A DNA stretch of 64,000 bases from Phenylobacterium deserti (GCA_945874825.1 CAMCIK010000004.1:4606-68605), one strand, 5' to 3'. Positions 22,931 to 31,509 are shown, counted from the stretch's first letter. Notes: generated from the sequence alone by a model not told the origin. Numbers and translations: made by a program.

Positions 22931-23317
22931 TCAGGCCCTTGAGCCGTCCCCGCCAAACACCGCCTCGTAGGTCTCGGGCCTGAAGCCGAGCACCCGCCGA
23001 TCCCCCAGATCGAGCAGGGGGCGTTTGATCATCGAGGGCTGGGCCACCATCAGGGCTATGGCCTTGGCCGCGTCGAGATCAGTCCGGTCGGCTTCGGGCA
23101 GTTTGCGGAAGGTCGTGCCTGCGCGGTTCAGGACCTTTTCCCAGCCCAGTTCCTCAACCCACTGACCCAGACGATCAGCGTCAATGCCTTGGGTCTTGTA
23201 GTCATGAAAGTCATAGGCGATGCCTCGGTCCGCCAGCCAGGCGCGGGCCTTGGCCACCGTGTCGCAGGCCTTGATGCCATAGAGGGTGGCGGCGGGGATG
23301 AGGGTGGGCAGTCGCAT
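22931..23317 (-). CDS. ArsC/Spx/YffB family reductase-like protein
   Basis: Only the last 128 codons of track ORF 22931..23917 look real. MRLPT...LYGIKACDT...FHDY...MIKRPLL is the YffB/ArsC-family pattern. Confidence 0.8.
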   Translation of the reverse strand: MRLPTLIPAATLYGIKACDTVAKARAWLADRGIAYDFHDYKTQGIDADRLGQWVEELGWEKVLNRAGTTFRKLPEADRTDLDAAKAIALMVAQPSMIKRPLLDLGDRRVLGFRPETYEAVFGGDGSRA

Positions 23318-23340
23318 CAGGGAGCTCCGGGGGGATGGTC

Positions 23341-23718
23341 TCAGGCCGTGGTCACGAAGGTCTCGGATTCGATCATCCACTGACCCGTGACCCGGCGCCA
23401 GACCGCGAGGTAGGGACCCGACTGGGACGGAGCATCCTTCCAGCTCGCCGTCCAGCGGCCCTGCTCGGCGGCGCGATCTCCCGCTGCATCCACCTCGATG
23501 TGCTCGGGCGTGCGGACATAGCCGCCGAAGCCGGGGTCTGCGAACTGGGCGGCGAAGGCAGAGAGGATGGCGTCTCGGCCGGTGATGACCGATCCGTCGC
23601 CGGCGATGACCACCGCCGCGGGCAGGAAGACCGGCCCGAGGCGCGCGGCCTCCCGCCCGGCGATGAACCGGTTGCTCAGCCGCCGCCGGGCGCGAATGGC
23701 GTCTTCGGGGGGGATCAC
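23341..23718 (-). CDS. SnoaL-like / DUF4440 (NTF2-fold) protein
   Basis: 125 aa. The pattern ...G.W.ASW....G.YLAVWRR..G.W.I is typical of DUF4440. The start overlaps the upstream stop. Confidence 0.6.
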   Translation of the reverse strand: MIPPEDAIRARRRLSNRFIAGREAARLGPVFLPAAVVIAGDGSVITGRDAILSAFAAQFADPGFGGYVRTPEHIEVDAAGDRAAEQGRWTASWKDAPSQSGPYLAVWRRVTGQWMIESETFVTTA

Positions 23719-24704
23719 GACCCGAAGGGCTCGACCACGACCGTGCCGGCCTTGGTCCCGGACTCCACCTGCTCATGGGCAGCCGCGCAGTCCGCCAGGG
23801 CATGGCGGCCGGCCACGGGCAGGAGCCGGGCACCCGTGGAGATCCATTGCAGGATGTCGGCCTGGGCCCGGCGGCGGGCCTCGTGCGGGCTGACCGGCAG
23901 GTAGACGCCGTGGACATTGAGGTTGAGGCGCATCAGCTCCCCGGCCGGGACCGTCGGCGAGGGCTCGCCCTTCGTCGCGTAGAAGGCCACTGACCCATTG
24001 CCCTTCATGCAGGCCAGGGTGGCGGCCAGGTTGCCGCCGAAGTCCACGTCGACCACATGGTCCACCCCGGCGCCGCCAGTGAAGTCCCGGACCCGGGCGG
24101 CGACATCCTCCGAGCGGTAGTTGACGACCAGGTCGGCGCCCGCCGCCTGCGCCCTGGCTGCCTTGGCCTCGCTGCTGACGGTGGCGATGACCGTGGCTCC
24201 CGCCCACCTGGCCAGCTGGACGGCGTAGAGGCCCACCGCACCGGCACCCCCGGTGACCAGGACGGTCCGTCCCTGCACGGGTCCGGCGACGAAGACGCTG
24301 CGGTGGGCGGTCATGCAGGGAATGCCCAGGGTCGCGCCCTCTGAGAAGGATACGGCGTCGGGAAGGGGCGTCACGAGGTCGGCGTCGAGCTCGATGTATT
24401 CCGCCGCCGAGCCAAAGGCCCGGCCGTTCCTCTGACCGTTGTAGAACCAGACCCGGCGGCCGAGCCAGCGGGCCGGCGTCTCCGGGCCTACGGCCTCGAC
24501 CACTCCGGCACCGTCGCTGTTCGGGATGATGCGCGGATAGGCCATGGGGGCGGGACCGGCCCGCATGCCGGCGTCCGAGGGGTTGACCCCGGAGGCGTGG
24601 ATGCGGATCAGCACCTGCCCCCGGCCAGGGCTCGGGGTGGGAACCTCGCCGTGCTGCAGGACCTCCCGGGCAGGGCCGGTGCGCTCGTACCAGACCGCCT
24701 TCAT
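23715..24704 (-). CDS. NADPH:quinone oxidoreductase (MDR, zeta-crystallin type)
   Basis: 329 aa. GVNPSD and the VLVTGGAGAVG Rossmann motif. Confidence 0.85.
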   Translation of the reverse strand: MKAVWYERTGPAREVLQHGEVPTPSPGRGQVLIRIHASGVNPSDAGMRAGPAPMAYPRIIPNSDGAGVVEAVGPETPARWLGRRVWFYNGQRNGRAFGSAAEYIELDADLVTPLPDAVSFSEGATLGIPCMTAHRSVFVAGPVQGRTVLVTGGAGAVGLYAVQLARWAGATVIATVSSEAKAARAQAAGADLVVNYRSEDVAARVRDFTGGAGVDHVVDVDFGGNLAATLACMKGNGSVAFYATKGEPSPTVPAGELMRLNLNVHGVYLPVSPHEARRRAQADILQWISTGARLLPVAGRHALADCAAAHEQVESGTKAGTVVVEPFGS

Positions 24705-24911
24705 GACCCGCTCCAGAGTTCCGTCATCAGGCCTTCCTCCCGTGTTCCCGGGTCAGACTAGCGAAGGTCACCGGCGAGGGCGAGGCCCGGGCAGGACCGC
24801 CACGTTCACACAGGAGACAGGGCCAGCCAGACCGCCCCGGATCCCGCCTGGCCGCCCGGCTGAAGCGGAAGGATGACAGGGCACCCCGCGAGGGCTTAGG
24901 ACAGGCCCTGA

Positions 24912-25541
24912 ATGTCCCACACCTTCACCCCCGACTTCCGCGCCCGGATCGCGAAGGCCTGTTCGGCCTTCCCGCGTATCGTCCATGCCGGAGGGGACCT
25001 GAAGCGCGCGGCGGTGGCCCTGACCCTGACGGCGGCGGACGACGGCTCGGGCCAGACCGCCTTCCTCCTCACCCGACGGGCCGCGAGCCTGCGGGCGCAC
25101 TCCGGCCAGTGGGCCCTGCCCGGCGGTCGCCTGGACCCGGGCGAGACCCTGGAGGAGGCCGCCCTGCGGGAGCTCTCGGAGGAGGTCGGCCTCGACCTGC
25201 CGACGAGCGAGATCCTGGGCGTTCTGGACGACTATCCCACCCGCTCCGGCTATGTGATCACCCCCGTAGTGGCCTGGCTCCAGGACGCTTCGGCCCTGAG
25301 GCCCAACCCGGATGAGGTGGCCTCGACCCACCTGATCCGGCTGGACTACATCGCCGCCCCGGATGCGGTGGACTTCGAGACCATCCCCGAGAGCGACCGC
25401 CCCCTGATCCGCCTCCGGATCTCGGAGGAACACCACATCCACGCACCGACGGCGGCGGTGGTCTACCAGCTGCGCGAGCTGGTCGCCGGCCGCGTCACCC
25501 GGGTAACGGAGCTGGAACAGCCCGTCTTCGCCTGGCGCTAG
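24912..25541 (+). CDS. Nudix hydrolase (CoA pyrophosphatase-like)
   Basis: 209 aa. Nudix box GGRLDPGETLEEAALRELSEEVGL. Confidence 0.8.
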   Translation: MSHTFTPDFRARIAKACSAFPRIVHAGGDLKRAAVALTLTAADDGSGQTAFLLTRRAASLRAHSGQWALPGGRLDPGETLEEAALRELSEEVGLDLPTSEILGVLDDYPTRSGYVITPVVAWLQDASALRPNPDEVASTHLIRLDYIAAPDAVDFETIPESDRPLIRLRISEEHHIHAPTAAVVYQLRELVAGRVTRVTELEQPVFAWR

Positions 25542-25562
25542 GGGGCGGCGGCCAGCTGCCGA

Positions 25563-25577
25563 GTTACGGTGACACTG
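25563..25577 (+). repeat. direct repeat copy A (GTTACGGTGACACTG)
   Basis: Exact 15-mer, repeated at 26026-26040. It sits right after the Nudix stop, where GC drops by eye. Confidence 0.8.
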
Positions 25578-25829
25578 TAGGAGGTAGATCATCACTCAAG
25601 GTATCGAAACTTGTTGTGCGGCAGGCTTGGGACAACCACGCGCGCAAGTCTGGCCATCGGCGGCGCTCCCCAGGGTTAAGGAACTCAGTCGCTCAGGACC
25701 GGGGTTTCGTACAGCGTCACCGTACCCCCCCATGGCCGAGACGGTTTGAAACCCTGTCACGCAGCAGATGTTCTGAGGGCCAAAATCTGCGAGTCTGTGA
25801 CCACCCGATTCCCATTCGAGGACGCTGTC

Positions 25830-26000
25830 ATGAAGCCTCCCGTCAAGCGGCTCTCCGATCTCACGGGGGGCAGTCCAAAGCCCGGGACATTTGCGAAGCC
25901 GACGCCCAAGGTGTCGCGCATGAAGCCGGGAAAGAAGCTGACCGACGCTGAAAAAGCCGCGTTTCTGGCCTCGCGCCCCGACCTCACCGGAAAGTCCTGA
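25830..26000 (+). CDS. small Lys/Pro-rich hypothetical protein (56 aa)
   Basis: Internal ATG of track ORF 25746..26000, preceded by GAGGA. No family recognised and coding status uncertain. Confidence 0.3.
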   Translation: MKPPVKRLSDLTGGSPKPGTFAKPTPKVSRMKPGKKLTDAEKAAFLASRPDLTGKS

Positions 26001-26025
26001 GCTTCAGACCAGGGCCGCTATCAGG

Positions 26026-26040
26026 GTTACGGTGACACTG
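26026..26040 (+). repeat. direct repeat copy B (GTTACGGTGACACTG)
   Basis: Exact copy of 25563-25577, 463 bp downstream. Confidence 0.8.
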
Positions 26041-26049
26041 CATGAAATA

Positions 26050-26060
26050 GAGTTACGGTG
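26050..26060 (+). repeat. partial third repeat copy (GAGTTACGGTG)
   Basis: 11-nt match to 25561-25571, 10 nt after copy B. Confidence 0.6.
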
Positions 26061-26217
26061 TTGAGCTAAACCTGCCTTGCCAGAGATGGCCGGTCAGTTT
26101 GAGCCTGGCGTGGATGCGGGTGCTGTAGCTGAGACGGCGGGGTCATCCCGGCGGGCACCGGTCAGGCGGAAGAGGGGTTCCATGGGCCCAGACTCGCCCG
26201 GTTCGCGCCCTCGGAAA

Positions 26218-27030
26218 CTAGACCTCGCTGAGGAAACTCCGGACAGCGAGAAGGTAGGCCGGGAAGTTCTCCCGGCGGACATTGTGCCCTGCCCCCTCTA
26301 TGCGAAGCGCCCGAAGGTCGGTGTTGATCTCGCGGGCCTCCCTCGCCTCGGCCGCTCCGACCAGGCTTCCCCTTTCAGCATCTCCGTAGATGAGGAGGCT
26401 CGGCGCCCGGATCCGGCGGATGTCCGCCTGCCAGGGGGTGGGAAGGATCGGAAGGGCGTTCCTGGAGACCTGCTGCTTCGAGGCGATCCAGGCGGGGAAC
26501 TCCTGCGTTTCCCAGGTCGGCGACTGCCGTCGCCCGAGGGCCATCAGCTCGGCTTCGGTCATGTCGTGTAACTGCCTCACCTGGTCCTTGAACCGCGCCA
26601 GCCGCTTGGCGGCCGTCTCGGCATCCATGGGCGGGACCAGGGGTGGGTCCTCGAGGATGACGGCGCGGATGAGGTCGGGGAATTCCGCCGCACAGGCGGC
26701 GGTCGCCCGGGCGCCCATCGAGTGGCCCATGGCGATCACACCCGACAGCTCAAGGGCCCTGATAGCCTCGGCGATGTCCCGGCCGGGCATGTCCGGGGAG
26801 ATTCCCGCCTCGCCAGGCCGCGAGCTTGCCCCATGTCCCCGGGCGTCCAGCAGGATGAGGTCGTACTCGGGGGACAGGGCCTCGGCCAGGCGAGCCCAGC
26901 AGAGGCCGTTGTCGGTCAGGCCGTGTGAGAGGACGATGGGCGGCCCCCCGCCTCCGGTCCGGTGATAGGCCAGCCGCCCTCCGGTGACCTCGACCTCGCC
27001 GGAGGGCCAGTCCAATCGATTGGTCACCAT
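26218..27030 (-). CDS. alpha/beta hydrolase
   Basis: 270 aa. HGLTDN oxyanion region and nucleophile elbow GHSMGA. Last gene of the selB-side gene string. Confidence 0.85.
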   Translation of the reverse strand: MVTNRLDWPSGEVEVTGGRLAYHRTGGGGPPIVLSHGLTDNGLCWARLAEALSPEYDLILLDARGHGASSRPGEAGISPDMPGRDIAEAIRALELSGVIAMGHSMGARATAACAAEFPDLIRAVILEDPPLVPPMDAETAAKRLARFKDQVRQLHDMTEAELMALGRRQSPTWETQEFPAWIASKQQVSRNALPILPTPWQADIRRIRAPSLLIYGDAERGSLVGAAEAREAREINTDLRALRIEGAGHNVRRENFPAYLLAVRSFLSEV

Positions 27031-27151
27031 GCATACGCCTCGGGAGCTGCGCCACAGGCTGGGAAGATCGCATCGAGCCGGACCAGGGCGGACTCGTCAA
27101 GGTCCAACCCCGGTGCCTGCAGGAGGGCGGCGAACTGGTCCCGGCGCCCGG

Positions 27152-27670
27152 TCAGAGGGTCAGGGCCGCCACGACCTGGTCGACAACGGCCTGCGCCTTG
27201 GCGCGCATTTCGTCATCGGTGGCATCCTGGATCGGGTGATCCACCAGAAGGTAGCGCGCACCCTCCATGCCCAGCGCCCGGCGCTGGACCTCGGCGGCCT
27301 CAGCGAACTCGCTGGAGGCGATGGAGACGGCGGGAAGCCCCTGGATTTCGAACCATACAGTGTCGTGCAGACTGCACGTCGTGCAGGATCCTCAATCGGC
27401 GAGGGCTTCCACCAGGACGCTGCACTCCGCCTTGATCTTCAGCCGCAGGTCCGTGGGACAGGGCTTTGTGAAGGTCGGCTTGGCGTAGCGTCGGATCTCA
27501 TTGTCCGGGAAGCGGGCGGCCAGCAGGCGCTCCAGCTCGTCCAGGAGCACATTACCCCGGGGCTTGCTGATGTCCAGAAGGCCGATCACGCCCGGGATGC
27601 TTCCTGTTCGTGGAGTGATCTGGCGCTCGACGGGCACACGCTCGTCGGTCGGATCCAGGATTGTGGTCAT
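27152..27670 (-). CDS. UGSC-motif selenoprotein (172 codons, Sec at codon 93 encoded by UGA 27394..27392)
   Basis: Track ORF 27392..27670 stops at TGA. The same frame stays open for 79 more codons (GSCTTCSLHDTVWFEIQGLPAVSIASSEFAEAAEVQRRALGMEGARYLLVDHPIQDATDDEMRAKAQAVVDQVVAALTL) to TGA 27154..27152. GGAGGA SD lies 6 nt before the ATG. Hairpins follow the UGA, and selB, tRNA-Sec and selA are adjacent. Confidence 0.75.
27362..27394 (-). promoter_or_regulatory. UGA plus candidate bacterial SECIS hairpin(s)
   Basis: mRNA reads UGA GGAUC CUGCAC GAC GUGCAG UCUGCACGAC. Two alternative stems are possible: CUGCAC/GUGCAG (3-nt loop), or CGUGC/GCACG with loop AGUCU carrying a G-U about 22 nt after the UGA. 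Confidence 0.55.
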
Positions 27671-27701
27671 CGATGTCCTCCGAATTCCGGAATTGAGGCT
27701 A

Positions 27702-29288
27702 TCAGCAGTCGATCTTCCTGGAAACGACCGTTGAACCCATGGCGCCCGTGACCCAGCCGTGGAAGGCGGCCGAGAACTTCCCCGCCTCAGAACCCGCCAC
27801 GACGATGTGGATGTACTTGCCGTCGGCGAACTTCGGCACCGGAGTCGCGAGCATCTCCGCAGTCATCTTGGCGGCGGAGGCGACCGGGATCCCGGCGCCG
27901 GAGACGTCGTTGGACACCATCTCCCTCAGCGGCCTTGAGGTGACCTCCTGGATGCGGGCGCGGAGCCGGTCCTTGGGATAGGCCCCGTCGACGGTCAGCG
28001 TGTTGATATGCTCCGGACAGACCACCAGCAGGGCGTCCACGGGCATCCGGTGGATCTTGGGCAGGAACATGCCCTCCAGGCCCAGGCCCAGGGTCCCGGC
28101 GATCTGGTCGGGCCGGCGGGACTCCTGGTCGACGATCTGCACCGGGCCACTGGTCATGGCGAAGGCGGTGACTACCGAGTCCTCGCGCTGGAAGCCACGC
28201 TCCACGTGGAGGGGATCCCAGGGCGAGCCCTCCTCCCACTCGGCGAAGCACATGGTGAACTTCATGGGGCTGGAAAGGGTCGAGCGGTCGACGCCCCCGG
28301 GACGGGCCCCGCCAAGGTTGCGGACGACCAGGCGAAGCGCGCGGCCGATGGTGGCGTTGGCGCGGTTGCCGGCGCCCAGGGCGGCCAGCTTCATGTTCAT
28401 GCCGATCCGATGCCGGATCGGGCCGTTGACCACCAGGACGGGCGAGGCCCCCATGGTGGTGGCATTGACCCCATGCATGTTGAATTCGTCCGTACACACC
28501 GCCTCCAGGGCGGCGATCACCACGGGCAGGTATTCCGGCCGGCATCCGGCCATCACGGCGTTGATGGCCACCTTTTCCACCGTGGCCGGGGCCATGTTGG
28601 GCGGCACGATGGCGACAATGTCCTGCGGGTCCCGTGTCGTGCCCGCCAGCATGCGGATCACCCGCTCCGGCGTCGGCGGGACCAGGGGCAGGCCATCGCT
28701 GAAGCCCTGGTCGAACAGGAACTCGTCGATGTCGTCGGAACCGGCGATCTCGATGCGGCGAGCCCGGATCGGACTGCCCTCGGCCTCGGCCACCAGACGG
28801 TCATGGATGCCGGGATCGAGATGCTTGGAGCCGCACCCCGGCCGCCAGTCCGGCAGTCCGGTCCAGTCCACCTGGGGCACCGGCGTCCCGAGCGCCTCGG
28901 AAACCTGCGCGGACAGGGCCTGCCACTCGGCCTTGACGAAGCCCTCCATCACAGGGGCCGTCGCCCCCTCGGTGCCCGTCCAGAAGACTGCCGGAACGCT
29001 CTCGAAGTCCCAGGCCAGGGAGGTCCGCAGGGCACCGTCGTCGAGGATGGGCAGGGTCAGGCCGTGGCGATCGCGCAGGATCTCGGCTCCGTCCCGGGCC
29101 TGGGCGACCATCCAGACGTCGGCATGTTCGCCCCAGGCCTGATGAAAGGCCTCCAGCAGGGGCGCAACGAGGTTGCAGGTGGCGCAGTCCTCCTTGGCAA
29201 AGCAGATGAGGCTCGGCCGACCCGTGGGAAAGCTCCGCGATGTGCCGCCGAGGTCCTGGAGCGTGAAGGCGGGCGGGGTGTCGGTCAT
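27702..29288 (-). CDS. thioredoxin-fold (TlpA/redoxin-like, CxxC) domain fused to a ~390-aa domain of unknown function
   Basis: 528 aa. The N-terminus FTLQDLGG...SLICFAKEDCATCNLVAPLLEAF fits the redoxin pattern with C-A-T-C. I cannot assign the remainder (..DGLPLVPPTPERVIRML..AINAVMAGC..NMHGVNATTMG..) to a family. Confidence 0.8.
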   Translation of the reverse strand: MTDTPPAFTLQDLGGTSRSFPTGRPSLICFAKEDCATCNLVAPLLEAFHQAWGEHADVWMVAQARDGAEILRDRHGLTLPILDDGALRTSLAWDFESVPAVFWTGTEGATAPVMEGFVKAEWQALSAQVSEALGTPVPQVDWTGLPDWRPGCGSKHLDPGIHDRLVAEAEGSPIRARRIEIAGSDDIDEFLFDQGFSDGLPLVPPTPERVIRMLAGTTRDPQDIVAIVPPNMAPATVEKVAINAVMAGCRPEYLPVVIAALEAVCTDEFNMHGVNATTMGASPVLVVNGPIRHRIGMNMKLAALGAGNRANATIGRALRLVVRNLGGARPGGVDRSTLSSPMKFTMCFAEWEEGSPWDPLHVERGFQREDSVVTAFAMTSGPVQIVDQESRRPDQIAGTLGLGLEGMFLPKIHRMPVDALLVVCPEHINTLTVDGAYPKDRLRARIQEVTSRPLREMVSNDVSGAGIPVASAAKMTAEMLATPVPKFADGKYIHIVVAGSEAGKFSAAFHGWVTGAMGSTVVSRKIDC

Positions 29289-29333
29289 GGATCCGTCCTC
29301 AGGGTCGCAAGGCTACCGGCCCGGAGGCCGGGC

Positions 29334-29428
29334 TGGCGGAGGTGGATGGGAATCGAACCCACCACACGCCGGTGAGGCGTGTCACCGGTTTTGAAGACCG
29401 GGGAAGCCACCAGACTCCAGTCACCTCC
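29334..29428 (-). tRNA. selC: tRNA-Sec (anticodon UCA)
   Basis: 95 nt: GGAGGTGACTGGAGTCTGGTGGCTTCCCCGGTCTTCAAAACCGGTGACACGCCTCACCGGCGTGTGGTGGGTTCGATTCCCATCCACCTCCGCCA. Anticodon loop CTTCAAA (TCA = 29394..29392), long variable arm ACACGCC/GGCGTGT, GTTCGATTCC T-loop, encoded CCA. Confidence 0.9.
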
Positions 29429-29441
29429 ATCGCCCGCAACA

Positions 29442-31382
29442 CTAGTGCGGGATCGGCGGCGTACCGAAGCGCTTTCTTTGGGTGACGACCTGGCGGGAGT
29501 CCCCACGACGGACTGTATCCCCCCGGGAGTCGAGGAACTCCAGGGCCGGGACGATGAACTTGCGGGAGGTGGAAAGGGCCGCCCGGGCCTCGCCGGTAGT
29601 GAATTCCGCCGGCGGCGGGAAGGCCGCCTCCAGGTCCGAAAGGGCGGCGTCCAGGGCCTCTATGTGGAAGACCAGGGTCTGGCGCAGGGCGTGGTTGCGC
29701 AGGGAGACCAACCGTCCGGACTCCACCAGCAAGCCGAGGAGAACTGCGGACTCCCCCTCGGCGACGAGGCCGGCGGCGTCCGGCGGGTTCATGCCGCCCT
29801 CCCGCAGGGCGGTCTCGATCTCCCCGAGGCGGGACAGCTGGGCCGGCGACAGGGCGGCGAAGGGGTCATGGTCCTTCAGGGCCGCCTGGCCGCGCACGAT
29901 CCGGATCCCGCCCTCGGCGACGAGCCGACCCTCCACATGGGCGATGAGGTCCCGGGACAGGATTCGTTGCAGGCCGCCACGAAGGGCACCGAGGGCGACG
30001 AAGGCCCGGGTCGGCTGGGCCCGGTGGGCGTCGGCCAGCCGGTCGAGATAGGCCTGAGCGGCCGCCTCCACGGCGGACTCCTGTGCAAAGAGGCCGTCGT
30101 CGAGGCGAACAAGCCTCTCAGCCAGTCGCGAGCGGACCTCTTCGATGGGCGCGCGCGAAAGACAGGCCGCCTCGGCCACGGACACCGCACCGCCGTCCCG
30201 CCCGGCGAGGGCTGCGGCGATGTCCTCCAACCCGCCCTGTACGACAGCGAGCAGGAGGTCGCGGCGGGCCTCCAGGGTCCGGGCCCGGAGCTGGGGGGCG
30301 ACGGGGTCCAGCACCCGGCCGCCGCCCAGGGTCCCGGCGGGCGAGGGCCGGCGGAGCAGGAGGCGCTGGCCGGCATGGGCGGGGACGGGGCCACTGAAGC
30401 GGAGCTGGACCAGACCCGAAGATCCGGGCTCCAGTGGGGCCCCGCCAATGAGGCGCGCCCGGGCAAGGTCCTGGCGTGCGCCCCAGAGCACGCGCACCTC
30501 GTCCCCGGATCGAAGTGGCCGGGCAGCCTCCGGCGAGAGATCGACCTCCAAATCCACCCTCACTGTCGGCGGAAAGCTGCCGGGGCTGCAAAGGACCTCG
30601 CCGACCCTCACCTCGTCCGGCGAGACCCCGCGCAGGGCCGCCGCGGCCCGGCCGCCGGCGGGTGCCGTCGGGACCGCCTGGCCATGGACCTGCAGCTGGC
30701 GCAGGTGGACCGTGCGGCCGGAGGGCTCCAGGACCGCCTCGTCCCCCACTTCGAGGTCCCCACCCTGCAGGGAGCCGGTAACCACGGTTCCCGTTCCGGC
30801 CAGGCTGAAGACCCGGTCGAGGGGCAGGAAGGCGCCGGGCAGGCGCTCAGGCGGGGGGGTCCGGAGGGCCAGGGCGTGGATCTCGCGGTTGAGGGTCCCA
30901 AGCCCCTCCCCGGTCACGGCCGAGCAGAAGACGACGGGTGCCGTCGCCAGGAAGCTTTCTTCCAGTTCGGCCATCAGCCGGGCCCGGAGGTCAGTGCGCG
31001 CCTCCGGCGGGACGAGGTCAGCCTTGGTCACGGCCACCAGACCGTCCCTGAGGCCCAGGAGGCTAGCGATCCTGAGATGCTCGCGGGTCTGCCGGCCGAA
31101 GCCCTCAACCGCGGAAACCACCAGCAGGACTGCCCGGGCACCGGCGGCGCCCATGACCATGGCGCGGATGAAGTCCTCGTGGCCGGGAGCGTCCAGGAAG
31201 TCGACGTCACCGTCAGGGTCCTCGCGGAAGGCGAAGCCCAGGGCGATGGAGAGGCCCCTCGCCTTCTCCTCCGGCAGCCGGTCCGTCTCCATGCCGGTCA
31301 GGGCGCGGACCAGGGCCGTCTTGCCGTGGTTGACGTGCCCGATCACCGCCAGGCCAAGGGGTGGAGGCGGGGCGGCGGTCAC
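29442..31382 (-). CDS. selB: selenocysteine-specific translation elongation factor SelB
   Basis: 646 aa. GTPase motifs GHVNHGKT, DAPGHEDF and TKAD, followed by long winged-helix-type C-terminal extensions. Adjacent to tRNA-Sec and selA. Confidence 0.9.
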   Translation of the reverse strand: MTAAPPPPLGLAVIGHVNHGKTALVRALTGMETDRLPEEKARGLSIALGFAFREDPDGDVDFLDAPGHEDFIRAMVMGAAGARAVLLVVSAVEGFGRQTREHLRIASLLGLRDGLVAVTKADLVPPEARTDLRARLMAELEESFLATAPVVFCSAVTGEGLGTLNREIHALALRTPPPERLPGAFLPLDRVFSLAGTGTVVTGSLQGGDLEVGDEAVLEPSGRTVHLRQLQVHGQAVPTAPAGGRAAAALRGVSPDEVRVGEVLCSPGSFPPTVRVDLEVDLSPEAARPLRSGDEVRVLWGARQDLARARLIGGAPLEPGSSGLVQLRFSGPVPAHAGQRLLLRRPSPAGTLGGGRVLDPVAPQLRARTLEARRDLLLAVVQGGLEDIAAALAGRDGGAVSVAEAACLSRAPIEEVRSRLAERLVRLDDGLFAQESAVEAAAQAYLDRLADAHRAQPTRAFVALGALRGGLQRILSRDLIAHVEGRLVAEGGIRIVRGQAALKDHDPFAALSPAQLSRLGEIETALREGGMNPPDAAGLVAEGESAVLLGLLVESGRLVSLRNHALRQTLVFHIEALDAALSDLEAAFPPPAEFTTGEARAALSTSRKFIVPALEFLDSRGDTVRRGDSRQVVTQRKRFGTPPIPH

Positions 31383-31509
31383 CGGATGTGTCCCGGATGG
31401 AGGCGGCGCATGAAGACTCCCTACGTCGAACCGGGGCCGAGGTCATCCGCCTCGCTTGCCCGGCGTCGCCCCGCCTCCCTATAGTCCGGACCGGAGAGGG
31501 AGACGCGTC

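Noticed and set aside
23318-23917. N-terminal 200 aa of the 328-aa ORF 22931..23917
   Set aside because: Arg/Pro-rich, and it overlaps the well-formed SnoaL-like and quinone reductase genes in other frames. Only the C-terminal ArsC/YffB-like 128 codons starting at ATG 23317 are credible.
27683-27694. Perfect 12-bp palindrome AATTCCGGAATT between the fusion gene and the selenoprotein gene
   Set aside because: Too short to call an operator or terminator. It sits next to the SD, so it could affect translation, but there is no further support.
26984-27751. 255-aa plus-strand ORF covering the gap downstream of the 92-aa ORF
   Set aside because: It would fill the apparent gap, but it is antisense to the UGA-joined selenoprotein frame. 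That frame has an SD, a continuous coding frame and sel-gene context. The plus-strand translation has no recognisable features.
28008-31484. Very long plus-strand ORFs (455 aa at 28008..29375, 380 aa at 28000..29142, 701 aa at 29379..31484, 422 aa at 30145..31413)
   Set aside because: Antisense to the thioredoxin-fusion gene, tRNA-Sec and selB. The translations are Arg/Gly/Pro-rich with no motifs, whereas the minus-strand products carry GTPase and redoxin motifs.
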